From Erythrobacter sp. (lineage in GTDB: Bacteria > Pseudomonadota > Alphaproteobacteria > Sphingomonadales > Sphingomonadaceae): a DNA stretch of 64,000 nucleotides. Of this stretch, positions 18,327 through 27,239 are shown in pieces (positions within the stretch are counted from its first letter, which is position 1; each line of letters opens with the position of its first letter). Under the pieces are notes generated by a model. It did no database searches. It was not told the DNA's origin and saw nothing but the letters and a program-made list of their open reading frames with translations. The translations under genes were made by a program, and so were the position numbers. The stretch spans positions 129,115 through 193,114 of the forward strand of contig JAPYPR010000002.1 in NCBI GenBank assembly GCA_029937545.1, in the 5' to 3' direction.

Positions 18327-18965
18327 TTAGCTGGTCTTTGGAGGCGTGTCGGTAGGCTTCCAATGCATTGAAACAGCCTTGTGTCTCACATGGAAGGGAA
18401 GGCCGGATGAGCGGTGCTTGTGTTGTGAGAAAAAGTGCAGCGGGTTACCGTCGGTTGATTTCTCGGCTTTCACATCGGCATTTTTCTCGAGTAGTTTTGT
18501 CCGCCACTTCTCGAGCATGCTGGCCGCGTCCGCGACATAGCAATAAATGATCACGGCACCGTGATCCTGGCCTAGGACGCCAGTGGAATATCGCCTAGAT
18601 AGCTGCTTGAAGCCTTTGTTGAGCCACTCGTAGGCATCGTGTTCTTTTGCTTCGGCGAGCCAAAGGAAGAGATCTTTCCCTTTGATGACTATGTCACAAT
18701 GACCTCCGACATTGGCGTCATGGCTGGCATCAAACCCAGCCGTTGTCAGCATATTGCAAATGTCGACCGTGATTTGGTCCTCGCCCAAACCCTGCTTCTT
18801 ATTCTTCGATTGCTCTAGTAAGTTGCAGGCATAGTCGATCCCCTTGTTGACTGCTGTCACACGTTGCGGATGGGTTTCAGCGAGCCAGTAATCGATTGAT
18901 GCTGCTGCCGGGGTGCCGTCAAACTGCGCCCTTAACTGTTCGATCGTGGGGGACGGGGCGCTCAC
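18327..18965 (-). CDS. PD-(D/E)XK-like nuclease (212 aa)
   Basis: EDQIT...GGHCDIVI...WLAEAKE = E...D...ExK arrangement; GTG overlaps the upstream TGA (GTGA). Confidence 0.65.
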   Translation of the reverse strand: MSAPSPTIEQLRAQFDGTPAAASIDYWLAETHPQRVTAVNKGIDYACNLLEQSKNKKQGLGEDQITVDICNMLTTAGFDASHDANVGGHCDIVIKGKDLFLWLAEAKEHDAYEWLNKGFKQLSRRYSTGVLGQDHGAVIIYCYVADAASMLEKWRTKLLEKNADVKAEKSTDGNPLHFFSQHKHRSSGLPFHVRHKAVSMHWKPTDTPPKTS

Positions 18966-21900
18966 TTGTCATTCTCGCCGAAGAGTTCACCTAGTGGGTG
19001 GAAGACGGGATGAACGTGGGCTGCCGCCTGTTCCACCATCTCACCCGAGTTTGGGTGGGTCACGGTGTCGCTAGTCAGAAGACGTTCGATCTCTTCGCTA
19101 GAGAGTGGATGGCGCTGGCCCTCTTTGTCGACGAACTCAGCTCCGGTTTTTAGCGCCGTAAAGCGAGACTGGGTCAGGATCGTCAATGCGGCGACGATTT
19201 CCTCGGTGACCTCATCGGTGTTCAATAAGCCTAGAACGTCGTTGATACTCAGCACTCGGTTCGGTGCGCTGGAATTGGAAAGCTTTTCAAGAATTGATAT
19301 TGCAAGGTTTGCAGCCGTTCCGCTTTGCCAGTTATCCTCGATGCCCTCCCGTATTTGCCTAAGCGTCATTGATTGAGGCGATCCGTCAGCATTCGCTGTT
19401 TCAGCGATCTCCAGCCTCGGCAGGGCGCGGACGATCTTCATCGTTTCCAGGCTGACGGTGATGACGCGCTGGAACAACTTGAGGGGGTAGGCCGGGTCAC
19501 CCATCGTCTCGTTCGCGAAGTCGTTGGCGTCCCATGTGATACCGCTCTTCTTGTCGGTCTTCACGCCCTGGCGCTCGATCACCCATTCGAGGGCGGGCTT
19601 GCCGTTAACCACATAGTCGTAGGCTTCGATCGGAATGCCGGTAATGGTGATGTTGGAATTGTAGATCACAGTGGTCTTGTCGGCTTCCGGCTTGCCCTCA
19701 GCGTTGCGAACCTTGTGGAAGCGCATCTTTTCGACGCGGTAATACTTCACCGGATCGGGAATATGCGCAAGATCGAGCGATCCTTGCGCAATGGTAATCG
19801 GGGCAAGTGGCGCGCTATGGTAGTCGCAATGGAGGTCGGCCAATTGCCTGCCGGCTTTGACGAATTTCCAGAAATCAGCAACGCTTTTCAGCTTGGGAAT
19901 ACGCGGCAATTCCTGCCTGAGATTGTCCTCAAAATCGGAACAATAATCATCATGATGGAAAAGCGCATATAGGAAGTAGAACACATCTTCCTTGGCGATC
20001 TTTTCGTCAGCGTAATCGGCTTGGAAGCGCGAAAGCGCCACATCGGAAACGCCATCCAAGGTGACATCTCCACTGAGATCAAGTTCGCCCTCAGTCGATG
20101 AGGCCCCATCGTATAACTTCAACGGAAAGCACTGAGAGCCCGCCATGTCACCGAAGTGGATGCTGGGAAGAATGTCCGTCATCAATGCCGAGAAGCGTCC
20201 CCGGAAGCCCGGACCGGACAGGCAGATGACACGGTTGGGCGTGTCGGGTGTCGGAAAGTATCGATCCGTGAGGTATTTGCTCCAATTCAACCGGCTGTCC
20301 ATATAGAGGAACTGGGGGCTGAACGGTCGATAATTGGCGAGCCGAATCTTGTTCGCATCAAATTGGTATTCGCGACCGTTTGCTAGATCGCCGAGGGTCT
20401 TCTGGCACCACTTGAACTTGGTATCGTCGTCGTCGGGCGTGAAGTTGGAAGGTAGCGAATTGAAGTAGGCAATGGCCTTGGTGGTTATGTCCGCGAGTTT
20501 GGCCCTTGATGGATTGTATGTCCAAATGTCGCGATTGGTTTTCATGCCCGCCGAGTAGGTGGGGAAAATGCTGGGCTCACTCCCATCCTTGGCTGCGATC
20601 GCGAGAAAACCCGAGTATTTTTCAGAACCCTGGTTGATCCAAATGCCGTTCTCGTCGGGCTCAATGTCCTCCCATCCGTTCGAGCGCCCGATGCCGCCGA
20701 TGCTTCCAAAAGCTCTGATCCGTTCGAGTTTTTCCGCTTGGCTCAGATAATCACCAATATCGTGGAACCGAATTACTCGCTCGGTGGCGGCGGGATTTTT
20801 GACAAGGACTGAGATCGCGATTGGCGCTCGGCTCCCTTGACCGAATACATTGTCACGCTCCTTGCGGCGACGCTCTCCCGCAGTCCGCGCATTACCTCTC
20901 AGGTGGAAAATGTGGATCGACGAGAAATCTTCTTGGAAGCAATGCCGAAGGCCGTCTGTCACATTACCATCGACCCAGCCTCCGTTGCTGACAAAGGAAA
21001 CGATTCCCGCATCACCAATGCGATCACTCGCCCATCGAAAGGCGCGGATGTAGCTATCGTAAAGCGCGCGTTTGTTGGTCATTCGAGTTCGCGCCGCAAA
21101 GGTTTCGCGGATACGCTCGTCTAATTTGGGATAAACAACATTTGCCGCGTCATCGTTCGCGCTACTCTGGCCTACTGAATAGGGAGGGTTTCCGACGATA
21201 ACCTTGATGTCGAGTGCCTTTTGCCGCGTGCGCCTGTTTGAGTTGTCGGGCATCAGCGTGGCGAGCAAATCCTTGTCCTGCTCGTAAAGCTGGAAGGTGT
21301 CGGTCAGGCAGATGCCCTCGAACGGCTTGTAATCGCCCTCGGCCACGCTGTGGTAGGCGGCCTCAATGTTGATCGCCGCGATGTAGTAGGCGAGCAGCAC
21401 GAGTTCGTTGGCGTGGATTTCCTTCGCGTATTTCCGTTCAAGCTCCTCGGGCTTGATCAGGCCGGATTGCAGAAGGCGCGTGATGAATGTGCCAGTTCCG
21501 GTGAAGGGATCGAGGATGTGGACGCCCTCGCTGCCCAAGGTCTGGCCGAACTCGGATTGCAGTAGCTCGTCCACCGAGTGGAGGATGAAGTCCACCACCT
21601 CGACTGGTGTGTAGACGATGCCCAGGCGCTCGGTCATCTTCGGGAAGGCGTTGCGGAAGAACTTGTCGTAGAGTTCGACGATGATTTTCTGCTTGGCCTC
21701 GTCCTTGTCGATGCCCTCGGCGCGGCGACGAACGCTGGCGTAGAACCGCTTGAGGCTGTCGGCCTCCTTGTCGATGTTGTGGGCATCGAGTGTTTCAAGC
21801 ACCGTCTGCATCGCCTTGGAGACCGGGTTGTTCTTGGCGAAGCTGTAGTCTTCGAACAGCGCTTCGAAGACCGGGCGAGTGATAAGGTGCTGAGCAAGCA

Positions 21901-24247
21901 TTTCGATTGCCTCGCCTTCACCAATGCTCTCGTTCAGGTCATCCCGGATCTCGTCGAGGAAACCCTCGAAAGCCTCGCGCTCGGGAGTGCCGGGTTTTTC
22001 AACCAGGCCCTGGATGCGGTTGATGTGGGTCTGGGCGATCTTGGCGATGTCGGTCGCCCAATCCTCCCAGTAATCGCGCCGACCGCACTTCTTGACGATC
22101 TTGGCCATGATTGCCTTGGAGAACTCGTCGAACTCGAAGTTGTTCTGGAACGGGGTGTCGCCGCCCTTGGGCTTGCTGTCGCCGTCGCTACCGTCGTTCT
22201 CGTCTCCGCCTTCGCCGCCGCTGCCGATGTTGGAGCCGTTCTTGGCGGCATCCTTACGGGCGGGCAGCTTGTTGCTGACGGCGATCACCTCGATGTGGTC
22301 GCTAACATTGACACCCAAGCTGGCCTTGTTGATCATCGCATCGAAGCGTTCGTCGTGTGACCGCAGCGCGTTGAGGATTTGCCAGACGACGCGGTAACGC
22401 TCGTTGTCGTTGAGCGCGTCTTCGGGCGTCACACCGGCAGGAACGCCGATGGGCAGGATGACATAGCCCATGCGCTTACCCTCGGCGCGACGCATGACGC
22501 GACCCACCGACTGGACGACATCGATCTGGCTCTTGCGCGGGTGCATGAACAGGATCGCGTCGAGCGCCGGGACATCGACGCCTTCCGAGAGACAGCGAGC
22601 ATTGGACAGGATGCGGGCTATCTGGTCGCCATGGACTTCCTTGAGCCAGTCGAGGTGCGCGGTGCGCTCTTTCGCGCCCATGGTGCCATCGACGTGGTGG
22701 ACCTGCACTTCGAGCGGCTCGATGTCTCCCAGAGCTTCCTGGCCCTCCTCCGATGCGAGGTATTCGCTCACCACCGACTGGAACTCGGTGCGGATCAGTT
22801 TGGAGGCGGCGATGTCCTTGCAGAAGGCGAGCGCGCGCTGCATCGGCTGCCCGTCGCCCGCGAGTTCTTCCTTGAGCCCCGATTTGACCAGCGCCTTGTA
22901 GCACCCGATGATCTTGGTCGCGTCGTCGAGCTTGAGTTCGCTGGTGCCATCGGCAAGCCGGTTTTGAACACCACCGCTGACCATTGCTTCGTCCACGGCG
23001 AGCACGAGCACCTTATAGTCGGTGAGCAGGCCGTTCTCGACTGCCCAACCGAAGCCCTTGGTCAGGAAGGTTTTGCCGTATTTGGACTCATCATCCATGT
23101 CGGCAAGTTCAGCAGACAGATCGTTCGCCTTCGCGCGTGCTTTTTCGCCAAAGACTCGCGGCGTAGCCGTCATGTAGAGCCGCTTTTTCGCAGCGATGAA
23201 GCTTTGGTCATGGACCTTGACGAAGTTGCTTTCGTCTTCGTCTACAAAGGTAACGCCGGTGGTGCGGTGCGCTTCATCGCAGATGATCAGGTCGAACTCT
23301 GGAAAGCCGTGCAGCTTCTGCGCATCCGAGATCACTTGGATCGACTGATAGGTCGAGAAAACCACCGTCATCCGGTCTGGCGCGGCATGCGATGCCTTGC
23401 TTGCGAGCTTGGTGGCGTTGGTTGTGGCCGGATAGTCGAGGTCGTGAAGCTCGATCTCGGCTATATCGTCCTTATCCTTGCGGCGCTTGCCCACGGCTGC
23501 GTCCGAGCAAACCGCGTAGGACCGGAGCGGCGTCTGGCTGTCGATAGTCCACTCACGGATAGTCTGGCTCATCAGCGCTAGGGACGGCACCAGCACTAGC
23601 ACATTGCCGCCCTTGCTGACGAGTTCTTCGGCGATTTTTAGGCCGGTGAAGGTCTTGCCTGTGCCGCAAGCCATGATGAGCTTGCCGCGATCGGCTTCGC
23701 GGAATCCGTCGCGCACACAATCCAGCGCCTCGATCTGGTGAGGCCGCAGCTTCTTTGGTTCAGCGACCTTCACTTCTTCGCGCTGAAACCAGGCCGCCCA
23801 GTCTATCGGGCTGGCCTCAAGTCGTTCGAGACCGATCGTGGTGATGTTCAGGTCGTCGAGCAGCGCCTCTGCATTGGGGCTCCACGGCGCACCGGTGGTC
23901 TCGATGATGATTCCGCGCGAGAAGTGCTTTTGCTGGGACGAAGACAGGAAGCTGTCGATGTCCTTCTTCTGGATACGGTGGCCCTCTGCGAAGAACTTGC
24001 ACTGGATCGCGCAGAAGCCGTTTTTCTCCCTGATCTTGGCCACGGCATCGATGCCGATGTCTGCTGCGGACAGGTTGTGCTGTTTCGCCCAATCTGAAAA
24101 CAGCCATGCGTCTTCGTATTCTTGGGCCATGCCAGGGTCGGCCTTGATGAAGGCGACCGCAAGTCGCTCGAAATAGGTGCCTTTCTCGCGCTCAGTTTTC
24201 GATGATGTCCGGAACTGTTCGAGAAGCTGGCGAAGCGGCGTAGACAA
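18962..24247 (-). CDS. Type ISP (LlaBIII/LlaGI-like) restriction-modification enzyme with an extra ~135-aa C-terminal domain
   Basis: Mrr-like nuclease DIGID...AIQCK; SF2 helicase MACGTGKT, DEAHR, QSVGRVMR; N6-MTase LDPFTGTGTF and GNPPY; ISP C-terminal YDYVVNGKPALEWVIERQ...MKIVRALP; likely TTG start at 24247 with a GGGGG SD. Confidence 0.92.
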   Translation of the reverse strand: MSTPLRQLLEQFRTSSKTEREKGTYFERLAVAFIKADPGMAQEYEDAWLFSDWAKQHNLSAADIGIDAVAKIREKNGFCAIQCKFFAEGHRIQKKDIDSFLSSSQQKHFSRGIIIETTGAPWSPNAEALLDDLNITTIGLERLEASPIDWAAWFQREEVKVAEPKKLRPHQIEALDCVRDGFREADRGKLIMACGTGKTFTGLKIAEELVSKGGNVLVLVPSLALMSQTIREWTIDSQTPLRSYAVCSDAAVGKRRKDKDDIAEIELHDLDYPATTNATKLASKASHAAPDRMTVVFSTYQSIQVISDAQKLHGFPEFDLIICDEAHRTTGVTFVDEDESNFVKVHDQSFIAAKKRLYMTATPRVFGEKARAKANDLSAELADMDDESKYGKTFLTKGFGWAVENGLLTDYKVLVLAVDEAMVSGGVQNRLADGTSELKLDDATKIIGCYKALVKSGLKEELAGDGQPMQRALAFCKDIAASKLIRTEFQSVVSEYLASEEGQEALGDIEPLEVQVHHVDGTMGAKERTAHLDWLKEVHGDQIARILSNARCLSEGVDVPALDAILFMHPRKSQIDVVQSVGRVMRRAEGKRMGYVILPIGVPAGVTPEDALNDNERYRVVWQILNALRSHDERFDAMINKASLGVNVSDHIEVIAVSNKLPARKDAAKNGSNIGSGGEGGDENDGSDGDSKPKGGDTPFQNNFEFDEFSKAIMAKIVKKCGRRDYWEDWATDIAKIAQTHINRIQGLVEKPGTPEREAFEGFLDEIRDDLNESIGEGEAIEMLAQHLITRPVFEALFEDYSFAKNNPVSKAMQTVLETLDAHNIDKEADSLKRFYASVRRRAEGIDKDEAKQKIIVELYDKFFRNAFPKMTERLGIVYTPVEVVDFILHSVDELLQSEFGQTLGSEGVHILDPFTGTGTFITRLLQSGLIKPEELERKYAKEIHANELVLLAYYIAAINIEAAYHSVAEGDYKPFEGICLTDTFQLYEQDKDLLATLMPDNSNRRTRQKALDIKVIVGNPPYSVGQSSANDDAANVVYPKLDERIRETFAARTRMTNKRALYDSYIRAFRWASDRIGDAGIVSFVSNGGWVDGNVTDGLRHCFQEDFSSIHIFHLRGNARTAGERRRKERDNVFGQGSRAPIAISVLVKNPAATERVIRFHDIGDYLSQAEKLERIRAFGSIGGIGRSNGWEDIEPDENGIWINQGSEKYSGFLAIAAKDGSEPSIFPTYSAGMKTNRDIWTYNPSRAKLADITTKAIAYFNSLPSNFTPDDDDTKFKWCQKTLGDLANGREYQFDANKIRLANYRPFSPQFLYMDSRLNWSKYLTDRYFPTPDTPNRVICLSGPGFRGRFSALMTDILPSIHFGDMAGSQCFPLKLYDGASSTEGELDLSGDVTLDGVSDVALSRFQADYADEKIAKEDVFYFLYALFHHDDYCSDFEDNLRQELPRIPKLKSVADFWKFVKAGRQLADLHCDYHSAPLAPITIAQGSLDLAHIPDPVKYYRVEKMRFHKVRNAEGKPEADKTTVIYNSNITITGIPIEAYDYVVNGKPALEWVIERQGVKTDKKSGITWDANDFANETMGDPAYPLKLFQRVITVSLETMKIVRALPRLEIAETANADGSPQSMTLRQIREGIEDNWQSGTAANLAISILEKLSNSSAPNRVLSINDVLGLLNTDEVTEEIVAALTILTQSRFTALKTGAEFVDKEGQRHPLSSEEIERLLTSDTVTHPNSGEMVEQAAAHVHPVFHPLGELFGENDK

Positions 24248-24525
24248 TTGGACCCCCATAAACGATATTTGGCGACGGTAGTGAGAAGACTCCTTGTCGC
24301 CAAGCATCACGCATGCATTCACACCGATTTTTGAGAGTTTTCCGAAGGTTATTAATAACGCAATGCGGCCACACGTTCCGGATGCGTCCCAACGATCACT
24401 AAGCGGACTGCAATTATCGGATCGTGCGTTCCCGTAAGTCGATCGTCCTGACGCACGGGAGTTGCACCAATTGAAAAAGACCGTTGTGTTACGCTCGATT
24501 TGTCGGCGTGAATATCTGCAAGATC

Positions 24526-24580
24526 TGGTGGATGCACTAGGGCTCGAACCTAGGACCCGCTTATTAAGAGTCAGCTGTTC
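24526..24580 (-). pseudogene. tRNA-Lys(CTT) 3' fragment / pseudo-tRNA (foreign att remnant)
   Basis: Minus strand GAACAGCTGACTCTTAATAAGCGGGTCCTAGGTTCGAGCCCTAGTGCATCCACCA: anticodon loop CTCTTAA, T-arm and CCA present; 5' acceptor/D-arm cannot pair. Confidence 0.8.
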
Positions 24581-24699
24581 GACGACAGCTATTACCGATT
24601 TGTCACCTGTAGAGGACGGTCAACAATCGGCCCAGGTAGAACCATGAATCGACGTGTGAATGATCGGCAGCTAGCAGGGAGTAGAAGTAAGTCGGCGAA

Positions 24700-25151
24700 T
24701 GACCGCTATGTTCGCGTCTGGTGATACAAGAACCCGTTAAACCGGTGCCGCTAGGATTAGTGGAGGCTGGTCCCTATCACTATGTCACAGTTCCTGAAGG
24801 CCAGACCTACGGCGATGTTGGCGCACCGGATGAGGGGGGCGCCGTAACCCGCGCTGGCGCGGTTTACGCAGACCGTGCGCATCTCGCGACGATAAGGCGC
24901 TCGCTCTCAAGCTCATTGTGCACATTGTGGGCGACGCCCATCAGCCGCTTCGCGCTGGCAATGGCGAGGGCCGCGGCGGCTCCGATATAAAGGTGCGCTG
25001 GTTCGACGACGCGACCAATCTTCACTCCGTCTGGGATAGCGCGTTGATCGACAGTCGAAGCCTGTCATTTACCGAATATGCCGGTTGGCCTGGGCGCGAC
25101 ATCAACCCGACTGAGGCGATCGCATGGTGGACCGCTAATCTGTCGGCCTAG
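24700..25151 (+). pseudogene. S1/P1 nuclease remnant (frameshifted and truncated)
   Basis: GPYHYVTVPEGQTY and, in another frame, HIVGDAHQPL...GG.DIKVRWFD..TNLHSVWDSALID. Confidence 0.75.
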
Positions 25152-25518
25152 ATCGCAAAAACCACCAGAATTGAAGATCGAATCTATCCGACGTCTGATC
25201 GATCCGGACGAAAGCGTTGTCGGCGCTTTAGCGCTCTAGAAAAAAGATCACGAGTTGCGGCCTGCCACCTAAAAGATTGTTGCATGGCAACATGTTACCG
25301 ATACTGTCGTTTGGTCCCCAATAACGCCACTATCGCTAACATCTTGCCCCAACAAGCCGACTTCAATTCTTATCGAAAAGTGGGCTGGCTGCAGAAAGAG
25401 AAATTTTGACCGGCGCAAATTTTTTGCGATAAGATGCTCTGAAAATGGGACTAATGGAAGAAAGTGACCGATTTGAGTGCCGCGTTGGCAATGCCGGCAA
25501 GGCGGTGGAGAGGTGAAA

Positions 25519-26823
25519 ATGACCGACGCGAAGCAAAATTTTGATTCTTGGTTGTTCAATGCTCGAGAAGGGAAATATCGGGCTGGCAGTGCGGTGAATG
25601 TCAGCGATACCGCTGATTTCGCCGTAGAGGGTCTTGTGCCTGCTACAGGCGTCTCAATGTGGTTTGGTCCAGGCTCAACCGGTAAAACGCAGATGCTTCT
25701 ATGGATGGCCGCTCACATTGCAGCGCCTGCGAATACAGGACCCCGCGATTGGCTTGGGGCTCGTATTCAGAAGAGGGGGCACGTATTATTTCTTTCAGCT
25801 GAAGATACCCGCGAGCACATCTTTATTCGTATCGGCGGCATGGCGAAAGCTATGAAGGTCCAATTTCCGGAGATCGACGAGCATGGTCTCTGTGACCGCA
25901 TTCACGTCATCCCTTTCCTTAGTCTCGATGAAGCCGAGTTCGCGGCAAAAAGCCCGAGCCTATTCCAAGGCCATCGAAACGATTGGAACCCTTCACCTAC
26001 ATTGCTGGGTGTGGAGCAACTTATCGACACGTGGAACGCAGATCACGATCCTGACGACCAAATTGTCGCAGTCATCATGGACTCCGCGGTTTCGATGAGT
26101 GGTTTTGATCTTACAGATTCCGAAGCAACCACCGAATTCCTCTTCAGGATCAATAGAGTTTCCAATCGTCAGGGGGTCTTTTGGGCTATCGTCGGACACA
26201 CACCGAAAGGTGCCGGGATCAAAAATGATCCACTGGAAGGCGCTGCTGATCGCCTGAGGGGATCGGCGATGTGGTCGACAACGCCGCGCACTGTTGTCGA
26301 ACTGAGGATAGCAAGCGACACTGAGAATCTTACTGATATCTACCGCGCCTTTCCAACCCTCGGCAAGCGGGACATCGTCGTCGCGAATGTGGTAAAATCT
26401 AATTCCAAAGGTGCCGACTTCAAGCCACGCGTCCTCCGACGACTTTCAGAAGGCGCATTCGAAGACCTTACTGCCGACTACCCTGATATTTGCAGGTCTT
26501 GGAGCCCAATCGCCCCGGAGCCTCTGACGAGCTTCCAAGGTCGCAAGGCAGCGGTATGCGAAATGATTCGAACGGTCACAGATGGAGCCAGTGAAGGAGC
26601 AACCTTCAAGCGGGATCAATTGGAAGCTGAGTTTCAAAGGAACTCATCGAATTATCCGGCACTAGCAGATGTGATTGGACTATCCAGCCGTAAGCATGAG
26701 AAAAACGGAGACTCACTCGCTTATATTCTGCGCCTTCTGAAGGACGACGGTCTTATACAAGTCCAGAGGAACGGGCCTATTAAGGTTTTGGCCCTCAATG
26801 ACACGGCAAATTCAGCCGGATAG
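25519..26823 (+). CDS. AAA_25 / RepA-like RecA-fold helicase
   Basis: GLVP..GVSMWFGPGSTGKT, VLFLSAED, VIMDS, IVGHTPKG, LRGSAM. Confidence 0.8.
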   Translation: MTDAKQNFDSWLFNAREGKYRAGSAVNVSDTADFAVEGLVPATGVSMWFGPGSTGKTQMLLWMAAHIAAPANTGPRDWLGARIQKRGHVLFLSAEDTREHIFIRIGGMAKAMKVQFPEIDEHGLCDRIHVIPFLSLDEAEFAAKSPSLFQGHRNDWNPSPTLLGVEQLIDTWNADHDPDDQIVAVIMDSAVSMSGFDLTDSEATTEFLFRINRVSNRQGVFWAIVGHTPKGAGIKNDPLEGAADRLRGSAMWSTTPRTVVELRIASDTENLTDIYRAFPTLGKRDIVVANVVKSNSKGADFKPRVLRRLSEGAFEDLTADYPDICRSWSPIAPEPLTSFQGRKAAVCEMIRTVTDGASEGATFKRDQLEAEFQRNSSNYPALADVIGLSSRKHEKNGDSLAYILRLLKDDGLIQVQRNGPIKVLALNDTANSAG

Positions 26824-26876
26824 TAGATCTAAAAGTATCTTTCTGGGTGTGTGATAGCACACCTAGAGAGGAAAAT

Positions 26877-27239
26877 ATGAGTTTTCACGATAGATTATTG
26901 GATCGAAAAGGTAGGGGGAAGGTAGACCGACCACTCAGGCAAGAAAGGCCGGCACTCCTCGTCCAACGAAGTTCTGAAGTAGCTGGGGGATGGATTGGAA
27001 AGTCTGCTTCACACAGAAAAAATTCCGAGGCGGTCACATTCCCGAAGACTCGTTACGAGAAGCAGGTTGATCCTCTGTCGGATCCTCCATTTTCAGTTCG
27101 TAGCCTTGCCGAACGCTGGTGCTGTTCAGAGAGCACGGTGCGGAATGAAATTAGTGCCAATCGGCTCAGTCACTTCCGTATTGGAGACCTTATTCGGGTG
27201 TCGGCCGCCGAGGTGGCGAGGTTCGAATGTCAGGAGTAA
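26877..27239 (+). CDS. Excisionase-like HTH_17 DNA-binding protein
   Basis: C-terminal SVRSLAERWCCSESTVRNEISANRLSHFRIGDLIRV; overlaps the integrase start. Confidence 0.75.
   Translation: MSFHDRLLDRKGRGKVDRPLRQERPALLVQRSSEVAGGWIGKSASHRKNSEAVTFPKTRYEKQVDPLSDPPFSVRSLAERWCCSESTVRNEISANRLSHFRIGDLIRVSAAEVARFECQE

Noticed and set aside
24248-24322. Upstream in-frame starts for the type ISP gene
   Set aside because: TTG 24247 has an SD and gives a typical MSTPLRQLL start; the extension looks non-coding.
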